A DNA stretch of 64,000 nucleotides, from the NCBI GenBank assembly GCA_013265495.1, contig MU058221.1, positions 5,688,066 through 5,752,065 of the forward strand, given 5' to 3'. Of the stretch, positions 26,154-35,976 are shown piece after piece (the first letter of the stretch is position 1; each line of letters starts with the position of its first letter). Both the position numbers and the translations under genes were made by a program. This DNA is from Vicugna vicugna (lineage: Eukaryota). The notes under the pieces were generated by a model. The model did not search any database and was not told the origin of the DNA. It was given only the letters and a program-made list of their open reading frames with translations.

Positions 26154-26335
26154 GTGTTTACCCAGGTAGTGACCATTTCTGGTGGTTTTCACTGCTTTAT
26201 GCAGATCCAGATTTCCATCTGGTATCATTTTCCTCTGCCCGTAGGATTTCCTTTAACAGTGCCTGTAGTGAGGGTCTCCTGGTGAGTTTAAGCAACTTGA
26301 TGATGATGTGCCTTGAGACAGCTTTCCTTAGATGT
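26154..26335 (-). mobile_element. Inverted copy of L1 ORF1 segment 25441-25613
   Basis: The reverse complement aligns to 25441-25613 at about 85% identity by hand alignment. Confidence 0.85.
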
Positions 26336-26874
26336 AGGAAGATGAAAAGAGCAGATTTTTTAAATGCAATTTTAAAGGCAGGATGTGGTCTGATACGAGA
26401 GTTTAGAATTCCTGGATGGTGAAGACACAGAGGTATCTGGGCCACACTGGCAATTCTTTTCTATAGACCTTTTCATTGAGTGCTTACAAGAAGGGTAAGG
26501 GCAGGAGATCGGAGAGAGGCATCCTGTGAGACAAAGATGCGCTATGCCTGTTGAAGTCTGAAAGTGGATCAGGATAAAGGAGCAGCACTCGGGGCCTCAC
26601 ACTGAGTGTGAGGGAGCAGCTGCCTACCACTGGAGGAGAGGAGGGGTAAGCTGAGAGTGCTTGCCTGATGAAACCCCACGAGCATTCCAGGACTTACACT
26701 GAGTGTCAGGCAGCAGCCATGTACTGCTTCGGGGAGGGGCAGGCGAGCCCAGTGAGACCCCCGAGGTGCAGTCACGTGGGACCCGCAGACATTTGTGGGT
26801 GGGTCGAGAGAAGGAAGACACATCTTCCAGGCACTCAGATCCCACGTCCTGTTAAAAGAAGGGTTCTGACACTA

Positions 26875-27177
26875 CAGGGCCATGTCTCAGGTGAGACAAA
26901 TGAGACAAATGAGGAACTTATCTTGGGCACAAAAAGAGGTGCCCTCCCCAACTCAATAATTATAAGTTATATTTTAATGCAATACTTTTTAAAACTCAAA
27001 GTTGATGCAAAAAATCCATGATGAGGAAAATCTCAAATTTTAAATAAAGACAGAAATGGTGTTACTGATTTTTCCTTTGCCTCAGAGTCCCATGTGGTTC
27101 AGCACAGCATGTATTGATCCTGTCTCTTTTTGTACTTTAGCAAATGCCTCACTTGCCTCACCTTAATCCTGGCCTTG
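26875..27177. mobile_element. MER96B-like hAT-Tip100 MITE
   Basis: cagggcc...ggtgagacaaatgag / cctcacttgcctcacc...ggccttg termini; internal gatgcaaaaaatccatgatga. Confidence 0.65.
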
Positions 27178-27399
27178 ACCTGCTCCCAAACAATTCAAGT
27201 GTGTAATAAGGTGAATCTAACTAATAAACACACAGCCCAGTCCCAGGTCAGTTGGGACAGATGAGATGGTTCCAGCCACATCCTCCTATCCTCCACCCGC
27301 CACTAACAGCTTGACAGAAAAAGAAGTAAACCATTTTCTGAGTATAAATATTATTTACCCCAGGCTCTTCTGTCATTTGTTACATCTGTCATTTAATGA

Positions 27400-28270
27400 A
27401 AGATTCAAGACGTCTTTAAAACAAGAAAATTGAGTTCATTGTCAAGAGAGAAAACAGTCAGTAGAACCAGACTTAGAGATGTCTCAAATGTTGACATAAT
27501 CAAAATCCATATTTAAAATAACTGTGATAAATGTGTAAAAGATTTGGTGAGAAAAGTGGACAACATATGTCAACAAATGTGGAATTTCCCTGGAGAGAGG
27601 AAAACTTTTTTTTTTAAGGCCAAGTGGAAATGCTAGATATAAAACACATGGTATAGGAAATTAAAAAAAAAAATTAAGGTCAGGTTAGACACAGGCATCA
27701 GCTAACTTCAAGACAAGTCATTAGAAACTACCCAAACCAAAACACTAAGAAGAAAAAGAGTGAACAAAACAAAACAAGACATCTGAGTCGTGTAGAACAG
27801 TATTGAAGAGTTTAATATATGTGTGAATGAAGTCTCACAAAAGGAGAGCTGGAATGGGGCAGAAAACTTCTAAGGAGATAATAGCTAAGAGTTTTACTAA
27901 AATTAATGAAAGATACTAGTCCACAGATCTAAGAAGCTCAGTAAATCTGCAGTAAGTTAAATACAAAGAAAACCACATCCAGGCAGATCAGAGCCAAACT
28001 GCTAAAAACCGAAGGTAAAGAGAATATTTTGAAAGCAGAGACTCAAAGATTCTTGACTTCTCATCAAGAACAATAGAGACCAAAAGATAACATATTGGCA
28101 TCTTTCAAGGTAAAAGGGGAAAAATTCCCTGTCAATCTAGAATTCTGTATCTAGTGAAAATATCCTTCAAAAATGAAGATAAAATTACGACTTTTAAACA
28201 GACAAAAGCTGAAAGAATTTATCCCCAGCAGATCTGCACTGCAAAGTCCACTAAAAGAAGTTCAAGCTGG
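27400..28270 (+). mobile_element. Second old L1 ORF1 fragment
   Basis: aagaagctcag...aaagaaaaccacatccaggcagatc...ctagaattctgtatctagtgaaaatatccttcaaaaatgaag. Confidence 0.75.
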
Positions 28271-29222
28271 AATCTACACGAAAGCTGCAAAAATTACTGG
28301 TTTAGATATGTTTCTAAAAAACTGAATTAAAATTTTTTCTGCCTAGAGAAAAATTAAGATTACTTATTTGAAAACAAAGATGAAATCTTACCTTCCAACT
28401 TGATTTCTTGTTAGTTCTTTCCTAAGCAAGGTGCCACATGCCATTTTGTATGTTTCCTCTTACAGTCTCTGTATTGTACCAACACACTCCCCAAATCACT
28501 GAGCTGCTCTTACAAAAAAGAAACGCCCCTTGATATTGTGTACATTTTGTTGTTGTTGTTGATCAAATCACACACGGAAACATGTAATGCAACCAAGTGG
28601 AATGTATATCAAATTCTTGGCTTAGTATTACCAATAGGCAGAAGTGCACAGTGAGCAACTATCGGATTTTTCCTTTTATTGGTCTTTATGCTATGTAGAT
28701 TACTGAATACAATTTCAAATCCTTTCAAAGTTCATTAGGCTGACGGGAAAATATATTAAACAGAAATCTGATTTTGCAGGAAGGAATGAATAATAGAAGA
28801 AAGACTTAAAATGTTGAAAAATATAAAGGCAGAACAGATAAGACAAATAGAAATCAAACACTAAGATGGTAGACTTAACAGAACATATTCCTAATTCGTA
28901 ATAGCCAAGAACTGAAAACAGTTCAGATATTTAACAGAGCATGGATATACACAATGTGGCATATTCAGACAATGGAGTATTACCTAGCAACAAAAGGGAA
29001 TAAACATCTGGTAGATGTAATCACATGGATGAATCTCAAAAACCTGCTGAGAAAAGGAAGCTAGATACCAAAGTACATATTGTGTCATGTCACTTAAATA
29101 AATTCAAAACCAAGCAAAGTCAATTTATAGTGATAGAAATCAGAACAAAGGTTACTCTGTGCAAGGGTATTGACTAGAAGATAATGCTTAGGAACATTCA
29201 GGGGTCATGGAATGTTCTCTAT

Positions 29223-30625
29223 CAGGGTTTGGCAAATTTTTCCTGTAAAGGGGTGGAGAGTAAATATTTTAGGTTTGGGGAGGTCATACAGTCTCTGTTG
29301 TAGCATGAAATTAGCCATAGATAAACAAACAAAAAAAATGGGTGTGGCTGTGTTCTAAATTTGTTTTTAGGTACCCTAAGTCATTTTATCATGAAAAGCC
29401 AGAACTTACCATTACCAAGATATAATATCAGTTAATCATTTGTTATTGGGGCTATTTATTATTGAGAGGTAGCCCTTAAGAATCCAAATATGTGTAATCT
29501 TTTATTTGGAAAACTTCTTAGGGATGATTACTACCCTGTGTTTCCTTAGGAGGGAGACAGAAAGAATTGCACAAAAGAATTGTTTGTTCAACTTTAATGG
29601 AAGGTAAATCCCTTTACTTTTCACTTTGTTTTAGAGACCAGGAAAGAGCCAAATTTCTTAATTATGGATTATTTGTCATTTCTTTCTCTCAGGGAATCTT
29701 TGAGGTCTAAGAATGTCTGTTCTCCCGAATTAAACACAAAGTAATTGGAAAAATTTGAAAATGGACAGGATGTTAAATTATACTAGATAACAACATTATA
29801 GTTTAAAATCCTGTCCATTTTCAATTTTTTTTGGAGACTATTTTTAGGAGATGCACATTGATGTATTTAGTGAAGTTCAGTGATGTTTGCAACTTTGCAT
29901 GGTTTAGAAAAACTATATATATAAATAAATAAAAATTATATAAATAAAGCACACATGGCAAAATGTTAATTGTTGAACTTGGATGGTAGGCATATGGATA
30001 ATGTTTAAAATTGTTCATAATAAAGCAGTGGGGGGAAAAAATAAACAAGAGGTTGCATTTAGGAACTGTCCCATGTGAAATTTTCCATCTTTTCCTTTTC
30101 TACTCATTGCACAGATGGTTGAGGTGGGGGTGGTAGAACAGAAAACAGCTGGAGAAATAATGATATATTCAGCCACAAGTGAACTAAAACTAAAAGACAA
30201 GTTCTATAAAACATTTGAAATAATATTATGTAACTTACAGAGTCATTGAGCCAGATGGTGAGAAGTCAGTAATTGAAATATATGGTTTTAAGAAAGAGAT
30301 TCTTTTGTGTCAGGGTCAGGGGGGAGTGTTAGCTTTTCCAATGTACTTAATCCATGGAGTTAATCTAAGGATATTTATGGACCACATTTTGTAGACATTA
30401 CAGCATCTACAGAATAAAATAAGTTATGAGGTCCTTTTGTTTAGAGGCTGTGTTCTATTTTTATGTAGAAACACTGAAATTTGAATTCTGTACAATTTTC
30501 ATGGTCACAAAATATTCATCTTCTTTGTTCAAACATTAAAAAATATAAAGATCATTCTTCATTGGCTGTGGAAAATTTGTTGGTGTGCCAAACTTGAACT
30601 GTGGGCTGTAGCTGACTGACCCCTG
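29223..30625. mobile_element. MER58B-like hAT element split by a 1.09-kb insert and itself nested in an old L1 3' end
   Basis: CAGGG...CCCTG termini; 8-bp TSD TTCTCTAT (29215) / TTCTATAT (30626); the host L1 reads through (ggaatgttct|atatcttgataggggtgtgg). Confidence 0.8.
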
Positions 30626-31149
30626 TTCTATATCTTGATAGGGGTGTGGTTTATATGGTTTAATGCATTTGTAAAACTGATGGAACTGTTCACTCAAGAT
30701 CTGTGCATTTCTCTGGAAATAAATTATTCCTCAACAGAAAAATTCTTTAAAAAGAGAGAGAGAGAAGGAGCTTAGTATTGATGCTCTGCTGCGTTAATTG
30801 TCACAGGTGCACCGCTTTAACAGAAATAACATATTTAAATTTTCACACAAAACACTGTTCTTGTGCTGTTTAAGGGAAGGAGATTTAGACAGCAAATTGT
30901 ACCCTAATTGTTCTGCAGTTGAGGATCCAGGGCCAAACAGACTCCGAATTTCCAGTTGCTAACTCTCTTGAAGGTTTTTGGAAACTTCCCATGTTCCTTG
31001 GCGTAAAAGTCAACTCATGTAGTCAGTGGCAGGATTTTCACTGGAATGTATGTGCTGGAGCTTGGATGATGGCTGTTACTAACCAGCCGAAGTGATTCCT
31101 GGCAATACCTCCAGGCTGAAATATATTTGTTGGAAGTGTCAATATCCTG

Positions 31150-31330
31150 CCGCTTGGTCCTCCACCTGCCTTGACTTCAGTGTATCCTTTGAGCACTCTG
31201 AACGGTTCTCCAAATCAAAATTCTCTTCCGCCTTGTTTTCAGGATGCACCTCTCTCCTGGTTCTCCTCCTGCTTCTAAGATCTCTCTCAGGCTTTTCGAT
31301 GTTCTCTTCTGGTCCCTGCATGAATGCTCT
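31150..31330 (+). mobile_element. L2 fragment
   Basis: The minus strand reads ggaggagaaccaggagagaggtgcatcctgaaaacaagg...gtcaaggcaggtggagg, typical antisense L2. Confidence 0.6.
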
Positions 31331-31679
31331 CCTTACTTTCCTCAGGCTGTAAGATCCAGCACCAGGATTTCCCCCAGCTTTCCCTGGCTGGACTCCAACA
31401 CAACACACCAAGTGACCCCAACTCATGGATGCCCTCCTCACCTCACCCAGGCTCTAGGTATCTCATGCTGAGTTGACCTGTATGTCTACCCTTCTCGCCC
31501 AGCTTGCGCTCTGATTCCTCATGCCAGACCATAACTCCTATAGCTCAAACATTCCATGCCAGGCAGCCTCTCCTTATGGAAACTTACCTCACTCCACACT
31601 CCTAACAGCTTTAGGGCTGAAATGTTCAGGAAGAGGAAGGAAAAGGTAAGGAGGAAGGAAAGGGGAAAGGAATCTTAAA

Positions 31680-33900
31680 ATATTTTACTAGATTTTTTAG
31701 TATCTAACTCTTTGATCCACCTGGAATTTATTTTTGTGAATGTTGATGTAGAGATCTGACTTTGTTATATTTTTCCTAATGGATAGCCAATAGACCCCAA
31801 AGGATATATTAAACAGTTTATTATTTACAGTCATTTGAAATGCTGTATTAATCATAAAATAATTGTTCATAGACACATGGGTCTGTTTCTGTATTCTCTT
31901 AATTCTTCATATATTTCTATTTTGAGTCTTACATTCATTGAAAGAAATTTAATTTGAAAGTAGTTTAATTTGAGGAGAAATGACATCTCTATTGACTCAT
32001 ATAAGGAGATGGAATTTTTCAAATCTTATTTTATGCACCCATAATATGGGTATCTTTCCATTGGTAAAGTCTTATGGTTTTCTTCTTGTAGGTTTTGTTT
32101 ATTTCACATTATGTTTTTCCCTAGATATTCTGTAGTTTTCATGATTATAAATGGTTTCTTTTTTTCTATAGTATGTTCTAATTTATGCTTGTTAAGGAAT
32201 AAAAATTCTTCGTTTTTTTGGTTAATCTTTTATTGTGCCACCTTCTTGACTCTTGTATTAGTTCTAATAATTTGTCATGAATACTCTTAAGTGTTAACAC
32301 AGTAGATTCCATTCATAGGATTTTAAATATAACTTTAAACTTCAAAAGTAACATGAATTCATTTGCCTCATAAAAATGAGGGAATTAAAAACAATGCTAA
32401 GTCACCTTTGACCAATACCTCCAATACTAACATGCTCCTCCAATACCAATAACCATCATTATGAGTTTATATCTATCTATATATCATAGAACATATGTAG
32501 TATAACTTTTGTGTGTGTATTTTCAAATATTACCAAGTGCAACTTTTTCATTCAAAATTTGTTTTGCTAATCTATCCTTATTGGCACATCTAAGTATCTT
32601 TCATTCCCTTTCAGCTTCTCCACAGCTTTTCATTACATGAACATATATCCATCTCCCAAATGAAGCCCCTATAGATTATTCCTAATTTTTCATGACCACA
32701 AACAATGCTGAAATCAACAACCTTGTTGATGTCTCCTAGCTTATATATGTGGGTGTTTTTCTAGAGTGGATGTCTTATATTCCTAGCTCTGTGGAAGTAT
32801 AAAATTATTTTTTAAATCATAAATAAGTATTGAATATGTGTGCTCTTAATATTCCTACTATTCTAGGTAATTCAGTGTTCATTCCAAGTGCACGCTCTTT
32901 CCTAGCCTCTAGTAAAGTCAACATAACTTCTTTTTTGTTTAACCTGTTGTGGTGAACTATAGTAATTTTCTAATTCAGGAATATCCTTGTAGTCATATAC
33001 TAACCCTAATTAAATCGGGACTTAATTTGCTGGATTCAATTTGTTGATATTTTAAATAAGAATTTTTCCATCTCTGTTCACATATATGATTGAACTATAG
33101 TTTTCCTTTCTTGTATTCTCTTGGTTCAGATTTGATAATAGGGTTTTGCAAGTTTTATAACATGCACTGGATATTTTTCCATCTTTCCTAAGTTCTGGAA
33201 CTGTGACTATAAAATAGGAATTATATGCTATTTGAAATTTGATAGAACTTGTCCCTAGTGATTGTTTTTCAGATTAATAGTTAATTTACATAATCTGAGT
33301 CCTCACTTATTTTTAAAATCTGAGATGCCTATTTTTGGGCATACATCTAGGGTAGATGTATTTATATCTTCTACTCCTGTTACAAACTGTCAACATTTTC
33401 TCATAGTTCTGATAGTTTAGTCTTAGTCTATACTATGTTCCCAGAGTCAAAATAGTTCAAGAATATATATTATCTTTGTGGTCTTCATCTTAATTGATAT
33501 AAAATCCTTCTCTCTTTTGATGCTTTTGCTTTCAATTATATTAACATTGCTATATTGCTTTCCTTTGATTATCATTAGATTAGAAATACATTTAACTCAA
33601 TATTTTCAAGCCTTCTCTGTTGTTTGGAGTTTCCCTCTGGTCAATTATAGATGGATTTTGTTTTCAATCCAGCCTGTCTTTTAAAGTTCTGAGTAAAATT
33701 AATCCATTTATATTTATTGTAAATACTGATCTTTAGACTTACTCCTTTAGTTTTTTTTTTTTTCCTATTTAATATATTTCCCTCTAGTTTTTTTTTTTTC
33801 TTGTTCCCATTCTGACTTATATTGGAATGGACATATTTTCTTTCTTCCATTTCCCCCCCCTTTTAATGGTCTCCAAATCATACCTCCAATTAATTCTTCA
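31680..33900 (-). mobile_element. Degraded old L1 fragments
   Basis: T-rich, with antisense L1 motifs tctttgatccacctggaatttatttttgtg and ttgctggattcaatttgttgatatttt. Confidence 0.6.
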
Positions 33901-34426
33901 CTGTTTATTATTAATTAAAAATTTTATGTAATATGTTTTCAGAACACATATGTTTAAAATCAAAGCCTGGAGTTAACTTGCACATATAATTTTTCGAATA
34001 CGTTTCTGAACTTTTTCTGATTCTCCGTTTTCACACCTGTAAAATTGGGAGTTGAGTTCTTCCCTTAATCTTCACTTAATTTTAGAGATTAAATGCCATA
34101 CCATCTCAAGCACCAGCCTTTGTAAAATAAGAGGGCTTATTCCTTCATTCAATTTTTTCTTCACTCAATCAAAAAACTTCTTGCCCAAAGGACACAATCA
34201 CCTCTCAACTCCTTTGTCCTTCAAAGTCACCTCTTCTTCATATCTCTTACATCATCATGACCTTGATCTAGTCTTTCAATTTCTTTGTAAGACTCAGAAT
34301 ATCTTTTCATTCTCCCTTTTCATTAAAAAAAAAATCCCATTCTGCAAGATACTGAATGGCTTCTTTTGCTGCAGATTTAATCAACGTCATTTCCCAGTGA
34401 CTCCATGCCTTTCTTCATTTTTCCTT

Positions 34427-34600
34427 CAAAATGGCGGACTTTAGAGGTTCCATGATCAGCACCACGTGCGCCTGCGCCTCCCGCGGCCATTTCGCCCAGC
34501 AGCCCAAGCTCCAGCCTCTGCTCCGCGAAGCGCCTGCGCAGAAGCCTCCAGAGCACTGTCGCTCCTCCCTCTAGCTGAGTACGCTTGAAACCGCACGTCC
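34427..34600. promoter_or_regulatory. Distal promoter module: YY1, HRE/E-box and NRF1-like motifs
   Basis: CAAAATGGCGG (34427, YY1); CACGTG (34463; contains the HIF RCGTG core on both strands); TGCGCCTGCGC (34467) and GCGCCTGCGCA (34530), NRF1-like; GCGGCCATTT (~34483, YY1 reverse); CACGT (34594). KDM3A is an established HIF-1 target. Confidence 0.65.
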
Positions 34601-34969
34601 CGTCCCTTCCCTCCCCCGCTGACTCTGCACCGCCCTCACCCCTTTCCTGTGAGATTCTTCCGCCAAGTGGAAAGCCTATCTTCGGTCGACAGCCTACGCA
34701 CTTGAAGAGCAATCCAATAGGCACTTACAGCTCTGGGGTTCGCCATTCAGTCTTATCTGTGCACCACTGCAATTTCCCTCTGAGCCCTAAAGTTGATCAC
34801 CGATTTCGCGGGACTTTTTTGCATCCAGTGAGGCAACAAATGGAAAGAATGGCTGTGGCGGAGGGATCCCTCGCTTACACTCTGTGTACTTTAACCTAAT
34901 GGGGGTCGTCCGGGAGTCGGAAGGGGGAGGGGAAAGGGAGGAGGCAGCCAAGGAATTGTTTTTTTCTCT

Positions 34970-35080
34970 CGCCCCGCCCTCGCCAGGCTGGCCAATGGAG
35001 ATGAGCTTTTTCCCCACGAGTCCCGCCCAGCTCCTTGGACTCAGCCAATGAGCGGTGGAAGCGGCTCCGAGGGGGCGGGC
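34970..35080 (+). promoter_or_regulatory. Proximal TATA-less promoter: CCAAT (NF-Y) and GC (Sp/KLF) boxes
   Basis: GCCCCGCCC 34971, CCAAT 34992 and 35045, CCCGCCC 35022, GGGGCGGG 35072; a further CCAAT at 34714. Confidence 0.7.
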
Positions 35081-35089
35081 CCGGGAGGC

Positions 35090-35243
35090 TGTGCGTGTCT
35101 TGTGAGAGCTCTTCAACCAAGTCAGAGCTAGAGTCGGCTGGGCGGCTGGAAACGGCGGCCGCCGCCGGTGACTCAGGGAGGCGGGAGGCGGGAGGCGGGG
35201 TAAGAGCGCCGCGGCCTCGGCTAAAGGGAGCGGAGGAAGAAAG
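35090..35243 (+). other. KDM3A: KDM3A non-coding first exon (start approximate; candidate donors after 35199 and after 35243)
   Basis: Lies just downstream of CCAAT and GC boxes. Donor-like GGG|gtaaga (GT at 35200) and AAG|gtgaag (GT at 35244). The ATG exon has its own acceptor, so an upstream exon must exist. Confidence 0.6.
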
Positions 35244-35790
35244 GTGAAGGCGCCAAGCCCGCGGCCCCGCCGTCCCCTCAGCGCCGCGGCGCAGGCCGGG
35301 GGGTCGGGGGCCGGGAAGCTGGGTGTCGGGGCGGGGCGGCGGGGCAAGTGCGGAACCGCTGGCTCGCCCCTCCCGCGGGGCCGCCTGGGGCGGGGACCCG
35401 ACCGCCTGGGACGGGCTCTCTGCTTCGGGGCCTTTTCTTTTCCGGGGTGAGGGGCAAACACTTTCAAATCCACTTAAGCCGCAAATAATTCTCCCCTCAC
35501 TCTGTCTGCGTTTTGGTTTAAGGTTTTGGAAAAACGAAACTTGGGAGAGCGAGGGTCACGCGGCGCTTGGGCCCGTGTTTGCGGTGGGGGAGGGAGCCGG
35601 GGGGCAGGGAGGACGCGGGTGGAAAAAATCGGCTGCGGGGTCGTCAGTCGCGCCTGCCGCCGCCTGGAGTCCCGTCCTCCGACCGGGGTTAGGAGCCCTC
35701 CCTCCTCCTTGGACTCCCCCCACCGCTGCCCCCGTTGCATTTTGTTTTTGTGTTTTTGCAGGGAGGCGCCCTTCCTGCAGCGTGGAAACC

Positions 35791-35976
35791 ATGGTGCTCA
35801 CGCTCGGAGAAAGTTGGCCAGTATTGGTGGGGAAGAGATTCCTCAGTCTGTCCGCAGCCGATGGCAGCGACGGCGGCCACGACAGCTGGGACGTGGAGCG
35901 CGTCGCCGAGTGGCCCTGGCTCTCGGGGACAATTCGAGCCGTCTCCCACACCGACGTTACCAAGAAGGATCTGAAG
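35791..35976 (+). CDS. KDM3A: KDM3A coding exon 1 (gene exon 2; exon begins 35762 with 29 nt of 5'UTR)
   Basis: Acceptor tttttgcag|35762; strong Kozak gaaacc[66 protein letters not shown]; donor AAG|gtaaaa; phase 0. Confidence 0.97.

Noticed and set aside
31139..31441. Charged 100-aa minus-strand ORF (MQGPEENIEKPERDL...) that looked like a retrogene
   Set aside because: The nucleotides match antisense L2 motifs. There is no recognisable protein, poly(A) tail or TSD.
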